NCBI GenBank assembly: GCA_965220745.1
Contig: CBDCQT010000011.1
Coordinates: 224,001-288,000, forward strand
Direction: 5' to 3'
Source: Alphaproteobacteria bacterium
GTDB taxonomy: Bacteria; Pseudomonadota; Alphaproteobacteria; UBA828
DNA length: 64,000 nt
Shown here: positions 18,600 to 34,830 of the stretch, in pieces
Position numbering within the stretch: position 1 is the first letter of the stretch
Layout: each line of letters begins with the position of its first letter
The notes under the pieces: model-generated
Database searches by the model: none
Told to the model about the DNA's origin: nothing
What the model saw: only the letters and a program-made list of their open reading frames with translations
Translations under genes and position numbers: made by a program

Positions 18600-20162
18600 A
18601 TGAAGGAACCTCTGCGGGTGCCGTTCGAAGCATCCGAGTCTGATCTGGCCGGTCCGCGACTCGTTCACGAGACGGGCCGCGACGACCCACATGCCCTCCC
18701 GAGCTTTTGCGAAGAGTTGCGGGAAGCGCGGACTAGGGGCGGCTATAGCGTGGCCGACGCCGCCCACGTGTTGCGCATTCAGGAGCACTATCTTGAAGCG
18801 CTTGAGGAAGGTCGCTTCGACCAAATCCCCGGCACCACTTATACAATAGGGTTCTTGCGCAGCTATTCGGGCTTTCTCGGGCTCGATCCAGACGAGATCG
18901 TCGACGCTTTCAAACGCGAGCAAGGGCTCGAAAAGAGCGAGCAGAGGCTGGCTTTTCCGTCGCCCACCGACAGCAGCCCCAAACCCAAATTCTGGCTCAT
19001 CCTCCTCGTGCTAGTGCTGGCGGGCCTCGCCTACGGCGGCTGGCAATATCAGTCGACCGGTGGACAGATTGCGACTGATCTCGTCGACGACGTTTCGACC
19101 CGGCTGACCGAGGCGGTGGGCCTGAGCGAGACCGTCACTACCGAGGAGACGGCCACCGCGAGCCAGACAACGACCGCTACGGCCGATACCACGCCTGCGG
19201 CCGAGCCCGCCGCGACCGCCGAAGCGGTTGTCGAGGAGGCGACGCCCGCGCCGGCGGAACCTGCATCGACGGCGGTGGTCGAGCCGCCTCCCGCTCCCTC
19301 CGCGGTACGGCAGGAAGAGCCTGCAACGGTAGATCCCGCTCCGGCGGAGCCCGCCGCCACGGACATCGCCGAGGGAGGTCTCGTCCCGGCGGCCGAAGTG
19401 TGGGACGAGTCCGGGCCGGCTGAGGCGACGGAGGTGGCCGCGCTTCAGGGGTCGCAGCCGGAGGACGCACAGGCCCCGCTGTCACCTGCCACGGTCGAAG
19501 CGACGCCTGAGCCGACAGCGCAGACCGAGCCTGCTCCGGTGGCCGAGGTGACCGCGCCGAGCGAGCCGGCCGTCGCGCCTGCGGAAATGCCCGATCGTGG
19601 TACGCCGATCGCGGCCCCGCTTGATCTCGCGATCGTCGCCACTGGTGGGACGAGCAGCCCCGCGACCGGCACTGACGAAGCTGCAGCGGGAGACGGCGCG
19701 TCGACCAGCAACGCTGAGGCTGCCGACGCCGATGTCATCGTGACCGCCGGGCTCGAACCTGCATCGCCCGAGCCGACAGTCGAGGCAGCGCCGGAGCAGA
19801 CCGCCCCGCCCGCGACTCCGGCGGCGGCGGAGCCCGAACTGCCGGTGGATACCGGCTACGTTCCCAAGGTTTACGGGCGAAGCAATCTCGACGCTCGCGT
19901 GATCATAACGGCGATCGACGATAGCTGGGTCCAGGTCCAGGGGCCGGACAACGAGCTGCTGCTGACACGGATCCTGCACGCGGGCGATACGTACCGTGTG
20001 CCCGACAGGCCTGGTCTGCTCATGGTGACCGGCAACGCCGGCGGCCTTGAGATTCAGGTCGATAACGCCCCGGCGCCGGCGCTTGGTCCGCTCGGCGTGG
20101 TCATTCGGAATATCGCGCTCGACCCGGATCGCCTCCTGGCCGGCACCGCCATCGGCGGGTAG
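18600..20162 (+). CDS. rodZ: RodZ-like protein (HTH, TM, A/E/P/T linker, DUF4115)
   Basis: LRI..YLEALEEG..GFLRSY, TM helix, SWVQV..L.AGD.Y..GNAGGL. Confidence 0.8.
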   Translation: MKEPLRVPFEASESDLAGPRLVHETGRDDPHALPSFCEELREARTRGGYSVADAAHVLRIQEHYLEALEEGRFDQIPGTTYTIGFLRSYSGFLGLDPDEIVDAFKREQGLEKSEQRLAFPSPTDSSPKPKFWLILLVLVLAGLAYGGWQYQSTGGQIATDLVDDVSTRLTEAVGLSETVTTEETATASQTTTATADTTPAAEPAATAEAVVEEATPAPAEPASTAVVEPPPAPSAVRQEEPATVDPAPAEPAATDIAEGGLVPAAEVWDESGPAEATEVAALQGSQPEDAQAPLSPATVEATPEPTAQTEPAPVAEVTAPSEPAVAPAEMPDRGTPIAAPLDLAIVATGGTSSPATGTDEAAAGDGASTSNAEAADADVIVTAGLEPASPEPTVEAAPEQTAPPATPAAAEPELPVDTGYVPKVYGRSNLDARVIITAIDDSWVQVQGPDNELLLTRILHAGDTYRVPDRPGLLMVTGNAGGLEIQVDNAPAPALGPLGVVIRNIALDPDRLLAGTAIGG

Positions 20163-20267
20163 GCGCGCGGAGCGGCACCTGCCGCTTGCCGCGACAGCCG
20201 AAACGAGTCACTAAACTCGCCACCGTCACGCCGGGAGCAGCACCGGCACCGTTCGGGAACCCAGACA

Positions 20268-21529
20268 GTGCGTAGAATTCAGCCGGTTCGTGGAACGCAC
20301 GACCTCGCGGCGGGCGAGATGCGCCGCCACCGCCACGTCATCGAGCACGCCCGCGCGCTTGCTGCCCGCTACGGGTTTGCCGAGGTGGCGACGCCGATCT
20401 TCGAGTTCAGCGACGTGTTCCGGCGTACTCTCGGCGATACCTCGGACATCGTGACCAAGGAGATGTACACCTTCACCGACCGCGGCGGGTCCGAATTGAC
20501 TTTACGGCCCGAGAACACGGCGGGCGTCGCGCGCGCGGTGATCGGCGGCACCTTCGGTGAGCGCCGGCCGTTCAAGTGCTTCTACGCCGGGCCGATGTTC
20601 CGCTACGAGAGGCCGCAGAAGGGCCGGCTGCGCCAATTCCATCAGATCGGCGTCGAGCTGATCGGCGCTCCCGAACCGCTCGCCGATATCGAGGTGATCG
20701 CGCTCGGCGCGCATTTGCTTGAGGCGCTCGGCGTGCTCGACCAGGTCACGCTGGAGATCAACACGCTCGCCGACGAGGCCAGCCGACGCGCCTACCGGGC
20801 AGCGCTCGTCGCTTACCTCGAGGCTCACGAGGATTCATTGTCGGAGGAGAGCAGGCAGCGGCTCCAGCGTAATCCGCTGCGCGTCCTCGATTCCAAGGAC
20901 AAGGGCGATAAGGCCGTGCTGACGGACGCACCTGAAATCGATGCGCACTTGAGCCCGGAGGCCGCAGCGTTCTTCGACGGCGTTTGCGAAGGGCTCAGCG
21001 GGCTCGGAATCGCCTTCACCCGCAACCCCCGCCTTGTGCGTGGCCTCGACTACTACTGCCACACGGCCTTCGAGTTCACGACCGAGGCGCTCGGCGCCCA
21101 GGGTGCAGTGCTCGCCGGCGGCCGTTACGACGGGCTGGTGGAGACGATGGGCGGGCCGCCAACGCCCGGCGTCGGCTGGGCCGGCGGCATCGAGCGGCTC
21201 GCCGCCCTGGTGGAGGAGACCGTGGGCGACGTGGCGGCGGCGCCCCGGCCCATCGCCATCGTGCCCCTCGGCGCGCGGGCCGAGGCCGCCGCGCTCGGGC
21301 TCGCACAGCGTCTCCGCCACGAGGGCTTCGCGGTGGAGCTGACCTATCGCGGCTCGCTCTCGAAGCGGCTCAAGCGGGCCGATCAGGCGCGCGCCGCGGC
21401 GGCAGTCATTCTTGGCGACGACGAGATGGAGCGCGGCGTGGCCACGGTTCGCGATCTCGACACTGGCGCGCAGGTCGAGGCGCCTGAAGCCGAGCTCGGC
21501 ACGCACCTCGTCCGCTACGCGCCCGGCCG

Positions 21530-21533
<4 letters not shown>
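20268..21533 (+). CDS. hisS: Histidine-tRNA ligase
   Basis: [46 protein letters not shown]. Confidence 0.96.
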
Positions 21534-22614
<1,081 letters not shown>

Positions 22615-22618
<4 letters not shown>

Positions 22619-23490
22619 GTGGGGCTGCGGCGAGCCGGGCGGAGGCGCTCGGTGCTGCTACCGAGATGTTGCGGGCAGCAGGCGTCGATGCGCCGCGTCG
22701 CGATGCCCGCCTGCTGATGCAACACGCGCTGGGGCTCACGCCCGAGGCGTTGCTCGCGGACGACCATCTGCCGCTCGGCGAGAGGGAGGCCCGGCGGCTG
22801 GCGGCGCTCGTCCGCCATCGCGCGGCGCGCGAGCCGATCGCCTATCTCACCGGCAGGCGCGAGTTCTGGAGTCTCGACTTCGCGGTCGACAGTTCCGCGC
22901 TGGTGCCGCGTCCGGAGAGCGAGACCCTGGTGGAGGCGGTGCTGGCGCGCGCGGCGCGGCTCCCGGCCCGCCCGCGGTTGCTCGACCTCGGCACCGGCAC
23001 GGGCTGCCTGCTGGTCGCGCTCCTCACCGAACTTCCCGGCGCGGTCGGCCTCGGCATCGATGTCAGCGGCGCCGCTGTTTCGCTCGCGCGGTGCAACGCT
23101 TATCACCACGGTCTCGGCAAACGGGCCTCCTTCGCCGTTGCCGATTGGGGCGCACCACTCGCCGCACGCTTCGATATCGTGGTGAGCAATCCGCCCTATG
23201 TGGCAGCGCGGGAGCTGGCATCGCTCGCGCCGGAAATTGCCCGCCACGAGCCGCGGACGGCGCTCGCTGGCGGCGCAGACGGGTACGAAAGTTACCGGCG
23301 GCTTGCACCGCAAGTCGCGCAACTCCTGGCGCCAAGAGGGCTGGCTGCGATCGAGCTCGGTGCGGGGATGGCGGATGAAGTCGAGTTGTTGTTTGTTGCA
23401 TCCGGACTCGTAGAAATCGGCCGTCGGCGTGACCTCGCCGGCATCGAGCGCTGTGCGCTGTTTGTCCGCGATATCGACGCCGGACTCTGA
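22615..23490 (+). CDS. prmC: Release factor glutamine methyltransferase
   Basis: [30 protein letters not shown]. Confidence 0.93.
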
Positions 23491-23706
23491 TCCGAAGAGG
23501 ACTTAATTTTGTCGTCGGAACATGCCGGCTTGGAAAAAAGTTGTTGCAAACTGCGCACATATGGGTAGGGTTCGCGGGACTCGCGAACCTTGACCGGATG
23601 GACGGTCTCGCAGAGTTCCTCAGCGAAAGAAGCTGGCAAGCGTGCTTGGACGCAACGGAGTCGGAGCACGGCTTGTGGACGCCGACTAGGGGAGAAGGCG
23701 ATTCGC

Positions 23707-24156
23707 ATGAAGGGTCCCAACAACAAGCGCCCGCGCGGGTATAGGGGCAACGGACGACGCCCTGGTTTTCACGGGCGTGGCTCGACCTTCGAGAGCAATG
23801 GTCCCGAAGGAAAGATCCGCGGAACCGCGTTCCAGGTGATCGAGAAATACCAGGCGTTGGCGCAGGACGCGCTCTCGTCGGGAGACCGAATCGGCGCCGA
23901 AAATTTCTTCCAGCATGCCGAGCATTATTACCGTGTTGTTGCAGCCAATGGCTGGGATCAGCGCGGGCAACGCCAGCACGGTCAGCAGCCTCAACATTCG
24001 CAGCAACAGCCGCAACCTCAGCAGCGCGTCGAGCCCGAGAAAAACTCGGGCGGAGCGCAGGAACAGGCGGCAAGCGCCGAGCCTCAGACCCAGGCGACGG
24101 CGAGCGAGGAAGCACCGGCGGACGCAACCGAGGAGCGCGCGCCCCAGGCTTCCTAA
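23707..24156 (+). CDS. DUF4167 domain protein
   Basis: FESNGP..KIRG..EKY..LA.DA..GDR..AEN..QHAEHYYR; usual position between prmC and clpB. Confidence 0.88.
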   Translation: MKGPNNKRPRGYRGNGRRPGFHGRGSTFESNGPEGKIRGTAFQVIEKYQALAQDALSSGDRIGAENFFQHAEHYYRVVAANGWDQRGQRQHGQQPQHSQQQPQPQQRVEPEKNSGGAQEQAASAEPQTQATASEEAPADATEERAPQAS

Positions 24157-24277
24157 TCCGGGCGCCAGACCCTACCCAATCCTTTTCAGGTAAGTTTTTC
24201 CAAGTCGGCGGGCCCACGCGGCGCGTGTTTTACGCGCGCGGACACGTGATGTGTAAGGGATGGCAAGAGGGGCCACC

Positions 24278-24305
24278 CTTGCCGCGCCGCCTCGACACCC
24301 CATAT
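24278..24305 (+). promoter_or_regulatory. RpoH (sigma32)-type promoter of clpB
   Basis: CTTG-N17-CCCATAT, close to the alphaproteobacterial RpoH consensus, about 110 nt upstream of clpB. Confidence 0.65.
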
Positions 24306-24414
24306 AGGGAACGGTTGCTCAGCGACCCGGCATCCGGCTGCGGGCCTCGTTCGAGGCCATGAGAGTGCGACCGTATTCGGCTCTCGTCAGCGGATGGCCA
24401 ACGAGGGATGACAC

Positions 24415-27018
<2,604 letters not shown>

Positions 27019-27112
27019 CGGGAGGCGCGGGTCGCGCGCCTTCATTCCCGGGTGGCCAGGAGGATAGCGAGAACGTTGTACGGCCCTGGACGGGCCGACG
27101 ACCAGGGATGGT

Positions 27113-30112
27113 TTAGCGCTGGGCGACGCGCGTGACCGCCGGCACCTCGGCGAGCAGGACCATGATCTTCTGCACCTGCGCCTGAAACTCTGCCAACTCG
27201 CGGCCCTTCAGCTTGCGGCCGGAGGGCAGCTTGAGCGTCATCGGGTTGATCCGCTTGTTGCCCACCATCACCTCGTAGTGGAGGTGCGGTCCAGTCGACA
27301 TGCCGGTGGAGCCGACGTAGCCGATGACCTGCCCCTGACGCACGCGTTTGCCCCTCTTCATGCCCTTCGCGAAGCCGCTCAGGTGGGCATAGCCGGTGCT
27401 GTAGGTACCGTTGTGCCGGATACGGATGTATTTGCCGTAGTTGCCATAGCGGCCGATCATGGAAATCTTGCCGTCGCCTCCGGCGTAAATTGGCGTGCCC
27501 GTGGGCGCCGCGAAATCGACCCCCAGGTGCTTCTTGTTGTAGCCAAGGATCGGGTGTCTGCGCATGCCGTAGGCCGACGAGAGCCGGGCGCCGTTGATCG
27601 GCGTGCGCATCAGGGCCTTGCGCACGCTGGCGCCTTGAGCGTCGATGTAGTCCGCTGGCCCTTCCCCCGGTTCGTAGCGGAAGAGCTCGACCTCACGCTC
27701 GCCCACTTCCAGGTTCGCGTAGAGGATGGGACCGTTCTCCACGAACTCGCCCGCCCTGTTGAAGACTGCTTCGTAGAGGACCTCAAACCGGTCGCCTGGT
27801 TGGATATCCCACTGGAAGTCCACGTCGAAGCTGAAGATGTGCACCATCTCCATGAGCACTTGGTTCGGCATTCCTGCGGCGAGAGCGGAGACATAGAGAC
27901 TGGAATCGATCGTTCCGACTGTCCGCTGCAGGACGCGGTCGAGCGGCCTGTCAACCACGCTGGGCAGGAAGATGCCGTCATTGCTGCGGGTCACCACGAC
28001 GTCACGATCCGCCGCCACGTCGAGAGCAAGCGAGGCCAGCCGAGGAGCGCCGCTCGACCCGTTCTCCGGATCGAACGCCAGGGAGAGCGTCTGGCCGATC
28101 CGTAACTTGCGTGGATTGTGTACCTTGCGGAAGGCCACGATCGCGGCTTCCGCCTCCTCGCGCGTGCCGCCGGCCCGTGTCAGTGCTTTCGACAGCGTGT
28201 CGCCACGGCCAATGACCACCGCCTTGCGCACCAGGCCGTCGTCTCCGTCGAGCGGGGCGGCGGCGAGATCGCTGAAAGCACCGTTGATGGTGCCCTTGAT
28301 GACGGGAAGGACAATCCCGTTGACGGCACCACTTTGGGGATCCGCCGCGCCTTGCGGCTCAAGGCTGGAGGAGACGGTGGCGATCGGCGCAGCGGCGGCG
28401 ACGAAGGCGCCGGTCATCACCTGGCCGCGATGGGTCACCCTTGCCCGCTCGCGCTGCGGCTTGTCCTTGGGCGGCGTGGCGACTGTGGCAGTGCGCGTGA
28501 GCGGGGCGGCCATGAGCCCGAGCCGATCGACCTCTGCCGCGTCGAAGTAACCGCTCGCGACACGGCTCACCTTGACATAGCGGTCGTCGCCAACCCGCAA
28601 TGCAACGGCCTTAAGGGTATCGGCGCCGGTCTCGTCGACGCCGGTGACCAGGGTGATTTCCTGCCCGATGCTGAGCCGCCTGAGGTTGAACAGCTTGCGG
28701 GCCGCCTGAATGGCGCGGTCGGCCTCCACACGGTCGATCCCGTGCCGCCGCAGAATCGCCATGAGCGTATCGCCCGAGCGCACCGTGATGCGTGTTGCGG
28801 ACGGCGGCAGGGTATCGTCTGGCGCGGCAGGCGCTGCAATCGGCGTCGTCCGGTCTACCTCGGCGGCGGCGGCCACCGCGCGCGGTTGGGCAGGCGTCGG
28901 CGGCTCCGTCGTGATGCGGCTGGAGAAACGTCCTTTCTCCTCGCGCTCCACCACGATGTGCCGGCCTTTCGGGAGCTCGATGTCAAGCAAAGCGACGCGT
29001 GGCTCGAAGCCTTCCACCGGTATCTTGGCTACACGCACGGTAACGCCAGCAGGAAGGCGCCGCGGGTTGAACACGCGGCGCAGGCTCCGCACGATGGCAT
29101 CCGCCTCGGGTCTGCGCACATCCGCGTCGAGGAGCAAATCCATCAACGTGCTGCCCGACCGCAAGGTGCGGTTCAGCTCAATGAGCTCGGGCTCGACAGG
29201 GTGCTGGGGACCATCGTAACGCGCGGTGTCGGCGCTGATCTGATCGGCGTCCGCAGGAGCGGTGTCGACAGTCTTGGGCGCCGGCTTTCGCGGCGGCGCT
29301 ATGGCGACGTCAGCCAGCTCCAGCTGCACCGCAGCCTCGTCCGCCGCAGACACTGGAGCGAGCGTTAGCCCTGCGGTGCGGAGCGCGTCGGCGGTGGTGC
29401 GGCGTGCGGCGAAACCACCGCCATCGCTGCGGACGACCGCCACTGCCATGTCGTCGTCGATGTGGAGCGCGACGCCGCGCAGCAGGGGTGCGCCATTCTC
29501 GTCGCGCCCAGCCACGACTGTGAGGGTGTGGCCTGGCATCAGATTGCGTGGGTCGAAGGCTGCACGCAATGCGCTCACGACGGCGTCCACGGTCACGGCG
29601 TCGACGCCGTGGCGTTGCAGAATGCCCGCGATCGTCTGATTGCGCCGCACGGTCACGGTGCGGCCGTCGCGCTCGAACGCCACTTCGGACAGAGGGACGG
29701 GCTGAGTGAGGGGAACGGTGGTGCGGCGCGCCCTGTACCCGTCTTTCTCGGTGCGGGTAGCTTCGACGTATCGACCGGGCCGCGTCTCGACGCTGACCGC
29801 AACCGGAATGCGCCGACGCTCGCCCTCCGCCTTGAACAGAAGCCGCACCTCGCGGCCGACCGACATGCGCCGCAGGTTGGTTTGCTTCTGAAGTGCCTTG
29901 CTGATCCGGTCGACGTCGACGGCGCGTACGCCGGCCCTGGTAAGCAAGACGGACAGGCTGTCGCCGCGTCCGAGCCTGAGGGTCTCCAGCTCGGTCTCGA
30001 CCTCTGCCGCAGCGATTGCCGTCTGCATTGGCGCGGGCAAGACCATGGCAACCGCCGCGATCAATGCGAGCGCTGCAAGTCGGCCCATCCAACGGCGAGA
30101 CTGGCGATCCAT
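27113..30112 (-). CDS. M23 peptidoglycan DD-endopeptidase with five tandem LysM-like modules
   Basis: HLGVDFAAP (HxxxD), YAHL, TGPHLHYE; signal/TM segment; start uncertain (30172, 30112 or 30088). Confidence 0.85.
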   Translation of the reverse strand: MDRQSRRWMGRLAALALIAAVAMVLPAPMQTAIAAAEVETELETLRLGRGDSLSVLLTRAGVRAVDVDRISKALQKQTNLRRMSVGREVRLLFKAEGERRRIPVAVSVETRPGRYVEATRTEKDGYRARRTTVPLTQPVPLSEVAFERDGRTVTVRRNQTIAGILQRHGVDAVTVDAVVSALRAAFDPRNLMPGHTLTVVAGRDENGAPLLRGVALHIDDDMAVAVVRSDGGGFAARRTTADALRTAGLTLAPVSAADEAAVQLELADVAIAPPRKPAPKTVDTAPADADQISADTARYDGPQHPVEPELIELNRTLRSGSTLMDLLLDADVRRPEADAIVRSLRRVFNPRRLPAGVTVRVAKIPVEGFEPRVALLDIELPKGRHIVVEREEKGRFSSRITTEPPTPAQPRAVAAAAEVDRTTPIAAPAAPDDTLPPSATRITVRSGDTLMAILRRHGIDRVEADRAIQAARKLFNLRRLSIGQEITLVTGVDETGADTLKAVALRVGDDRYVKVSRVASGYFDAAEVDRLGLMAAPLTRTATVATPPKDKPQRERARVTHRGQVMTGAFVAAAAPIATVSSSLEPQGAADPQSGAVNGIVLPVIKGTINGAFSDLAAAPLDGDDGLVRKAVVIGRGDTLSKALTRAGGTREEAEAAIVAFRKVHNPRKLRIGQTLSLAFDPENGSSGAPRLASLALDVAADRDVVVTRSNDGIFLPSVVDRPLDRVLQRTVGTIDSSLYVSALAAGMPNQVLMEMVHIFSFDVDFQWDIQPGDRFEVLYEAVFNRAGEFVENGPILYANLEVGEREVELFRYEPGEGPADYIDAQGASVRKALMRTPINGARLSSAYGMRRHPILGYNKKHLGVDFAAPTGTPIYAGGDGKISMIGRYGNYGKYIRIRHNGTYSTGYAHLSGFAKGMKRGKRVRQGQVIGYVGSTGMSTGPHLHYEVMVGNKRINPMTLKLPSGRKLKGRELAEFQAQVQKIMVLLAEVPAVTRVAQR

Positions 30113-30296
30113 ACTCCGAATCAATCGGTGAACCACGCGCGTACCCGTCGATTCATTGGTCGGAATCGGCAAACGACTACTGACCCTGATGGCGCAAGGG
30201 CGTCATGTCAATCGTTGCGTGAGCGACATGACCCGAAAAATACCTTGCAATTCGGCACGGTATGCCCTGTCGGCACACACCCTAGGTCCAGGCGGC

Positions 30297-30545
30297 CTAG
30301 CGCCGACTGTGCGCTCCCGAGCGGCGGTTTTCACATGCCGCCGCCGTCTGCAGCCGTGCGATCTCGTCCTTAACCTTGAGCTTTCGACGTTTCAAATGGG
30401 TCAGAGACAACCCATCGGGCGCCGGCCGTCCGGCTTCTTCCTGGATAGCCCGCTCGAGTCCGGCGTGTCTTGCAGCGAGCGTGGCAAGATAGTCGTCGAC
30501 CCCGATCTCAAAGGCCAGCGCGACAGGGTCGATCCGCGAGTACAT
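30297..30545 (-). CDS. DUF465/YdcH-family small protein
   Basis: L..RH..LE..I.EE..RP.PD...LKRRKLKVKDEI. Confidence 0.7.
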   Translation of the reverse strand: MYSRIDPVALAFEIGVDDYLATLAARHAGLERAIQEEAGRPAPDGLSLTHLKRRKLKVKDEIARLQTAAACENRRSGAHSRR

Positions 30546-30891
30546 CAGTTGGTGGAGCTCACTGGGGCAATCTCGACGGAGGTGATCAGCAAGGCATGCC
30601 GGGGCGTCTGCGGGTCTGTCGCTAGTATGTCATATCGCATGCGCCGCCGCCACGCCGTATCGCTCATCAAATCGCGTGGAATGGCCGTATGTTATCAATA
30701 TAGCTATGACTCTTTCGATAGCAGGCATGATGGGCGTCGTCGGCTCGGCGATCGGGCGTCGGTGCCCGGACACAGGAGCCAAGGCTGCCGCGACGCGCTG
30801 GGAGCCGACGCGGGAATAGCGGGCGAAAGGCAGGTAGTCGCGGAATGAGGGGTGGCGGTCGAACGGCAGACACAACGCCACGCCGAACGCA

Positions 30892-31929
30892 GTGAACCTT
30901 ACCGCGTCTCTCGTAGCCGGCGGTGTGGGCTTCGCGGCGACGGCGGCGTTGACGGGTCTCGTGCGGGTGCTGCTGCGGCGTCATGGCGTCTTGGACCGGC
31001 CCAACGAGCGCTCCAGCCATCGGGCCGCAGTGCCGCGTGGCGGCGGCATCGCCGTTGTCGGGGTCCTGCTTGCGGCATGGCTTGTACTCTGGTTCGCGAA
31101 CGCCTCTGCAGGCAGCGGGACGCTCTTCTGGGTCGCGCTCGCAGGCGGGCTAGGGCTCGCCGCAGTCTCCTGGCTCGACGACCTAAGCGGTAGCGTCCCT
31201 ATCTTCGTGCGCCTTGGGGTGCAAGTCGTGGCGGTCGGCGCCGGGATTGCCTCGCTCCCCGGTGACGGTCTCGTATTTCAAGGCGCTGTTCCGGCCCTCG
31301 TCGATCACGCGCTGGCGGCGGTGGCCTGGCTCTGGTTTGTGAACCTGTTCAACTTCATGGACGGCATCGACGGGCTCAGCGGCGTCGAGGGCGCGAGCCT
31401 CGGGCTCGGCACGTTCCTGCTGGCGCTGCTGGGGGCCGCGCCGGCCTGGCTGGGGCCGCTTGGGCTGACGCTCGCCGGTGTCTCTCTCGGCTTTCTGTTC
31501 TGGAACTGGCACCCCGCCAGGATCTTTCTCGGCGATGTGGGGAGCGTGCCGCTCGGGTACCTGGCCGGTTGGCTCCTGCTGGCGTTGGCGGCAGCGGGCG
31601 CATGGCAGGCAACGCTACTGCTGCCGGCCTACTATCTCGCGGATGCGACGTTCACGTTGGTTCGTCGCCTGCTGCGCGGCCGGCGCGTGTGGCAGGCGCA
31701 TCGCGAGCATTTCTATCAGCGGGTGGTGGCGGCCGGCTGGAGCCACGGCCGCACTGCCGCACTGATCGCCGGCCATAATCTGCTTCTCGTGGGGCTTGCG
31801 GCCGCCTCCCAGCAGGGCTTGGCCGCAGCCGCGGCGTCGCTCGCGGCGGGAGCGATGCTCGTCGCGGCGCTGCTGTGGTATCTTCACGCCGCCGCTCGGG
31901 CATCACGCGGCGCATCGGGGCAGAGTTGA
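30892..31929 (+). CDS. Glycosyltransferase family 4 (WecA/MraY-like)
   Basis: DRPNERSSH..PRGGG, LDD, NLFNFMDGIDG, FLGDVGS, AHREHFYQ. Confidence 0.9.
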   Translation: MNLTASLVAGGVGFAATAALTGLVRVLLRRHGVLDRPNERSSHRAAVPRGGGIAVVGVLLAAWLVLWFANASAGSGTLFWVALAGGLGLAAVSWLDDLSGSVPIFVRLGVQVVAVGAGIASLPGDGLVFQGAVPALVDHALAAVAWLWFVNLFNFMDGIDGLSGVEGASLGLGTFLLALLGAAPAWLGPLGLTLAGVSLGFLFWNWHPARIFLGDVGSVPLGYLAGWLLLALAAAGAWQATLLLPAYYLADATFTLVRRLLRGRRVWQAHREHFYQRVVAAGWSHGRTAALIAGHNLLLVGLAAASQQGLAAAAASLAAGAMLVAALLWYLHAAARASRGASGQS

Positions 31930-33197
31930 TCGTCAAACGCGCGTACATGGTGGCGGCCCACGACGTGGCCATGGCAGGCGCGTCATTCGCGCGCGCGCTG
32001 CTGCCCCGTTTCAGGCTCGGTAGCGTGTCGCGGGGCAGCGCCGGTGCCGACCGCGACATCGATGTGCGGCTGCTTCGTCCCGAAAACCTGCTCGGTCGCC
32101 CGGAGGCCGCGCCCGATCGCGCTGCCATGCGCGCCCTGGTCAACGGCAGGCGGGTCTGCATCACTGGCGCCGGCGGCACCATCGGCGCCGAACTCGCACG
32201 GCAAATTGCCCAATACGGGCCTGCACACCTCACCCTGATCGACAACGCCGAGTACAACCTCTACCGGATCAATCTTGAGCTTGAGGAGGCGCAACCGGGG
32301 CTCTCGCGCAGCGCCGTGCTCGGCGACGTGCGGGACAGTGACAGCGTGGCTTATACCTTCGCCTCCGCCTGCCCGGAGCTGGTATTCCACGCGGCGGCGC
32401 TCAAGCACGTGCACATGGTTGAGGCCAATCCGGACGAGGGGGTGCTTACCAATGCCGTTGGTACGCGCAATGTGGCCGACGCCTGCATTTCGATCGGCGC
32501 CCGAGCGATGGTGCTGGTATCGACTGACAAATCGGTCGATCCCATGAGCGTCATGGGCGCGACAAAGCGCATCGCCGAGAGCTACTGCCACGCGCTCGCC
32601 CACTCGCAGGCGGCGGGGGACTTGCGGCTGGTGACGGTGCGTTTCGGCAACGTGATCGGCTCCTCCGGCTCGGTCGTGCCGCTCTTCCAGCGTCAGATCG
32701 CCACCGGCGGCCCGGTGACCGTCACCGATCCCGATGTTGCGCGCTACTTCATGACGACGCGGGAAGCGGTGCAGCTCCTTCTCCAGGCGTCGGCGCTCGG
32801 TGTGGCCGAAGAGGGCGGCGGTATCTTCGTGCTCGATATGGGCGAGCCCATCAAGATCGTCGATCTTGCGCGGCAGATGATCCGTCTCGCCGGGCTAACC
32901 CCCGATAAAGATATCGAAATCGTTTACACCGGACTGCGTCCAGGTGAAAAGAAGGGCGAGAGCCTGTTCCATCGGGCCGAGCCCATGGTCGTCACCGAGA
33001 CGCCCGGTATTCTCAGGGCGCGGCCGCGTCCCACCGACATCGCCCTCATGCGGCGCCGGCTCGACCAGCTTGCGGCCGCGGCGCGCGACCGACGCACGCG
33101 CGACACGCTGGCGCTGGTGGCGGCGATGGTGCCCGAGTACGAGCCGAGCGACGGTGCTCTCTCGGCGACGCCTGCTGAATCCGGGCTCGCCCTTTAG
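31926..33197 (+). CDS. CapD/PglF-like nucleotide-sugar 4,6-dehydratase with shortened N-terminus
   Basis: [53 protein letters not shown]; TTG start overlaps the upstream stop. Confidence 0.82.
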   Translation: MIVKRAYMVAAHDVAMAGASFARALLPRFRLGSVSRGSAGADRDIDVRLLRPENLLGRPEAAPDRAAMRALVNGRRVCITGAGGTIGAELARQIAQYGPAHLTLIDNAEYNLYRINLELEEAQPGLSRSAVLGDVRDSDSVAYTFASACPELVFHAAALKHVHMVEANPDEGVLTNAVGTRNVADACISIGARAMVLVSTDKSVDPMSVMGATKRIAESYCHALAHSQAAGDLRLVTVRFGNVIGSSGSVVPLFQRQIATGGPVTVTDPDVARYFMTTREAVQLLLQASALGVAEEGGGIFVLDMGEPIKIVDLARQMIRLAGLTPDKDIEIVYTGLRPGEKKGESLFHRAEPMVVTETPGILRARPRPTDIALMRRRLDQLAAAARDRRTRDTLALVAAMVPEYEPSDGALSATPAESGLAL

Positions 33198-33228
33198 CCG
33201 GCCGCAGCGCTCCAGCAGGAGTCACTCG

Positions 33229-34818
<1,590 letters not shown>

Positions 34819-34830
34819 GGAAGCGCGCCG

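Noticed and set aside
19130-19850. Ala/Glu/Pro/Thr low-complexity region
   Set aside because: Expected disordered periplasmic linker of RodZ-like proteins.
30546-30891. Small ORFs 30630-30881 and 30667-31020
   Set aside because: No recognisable motifs; more likely a divergent promoter region.
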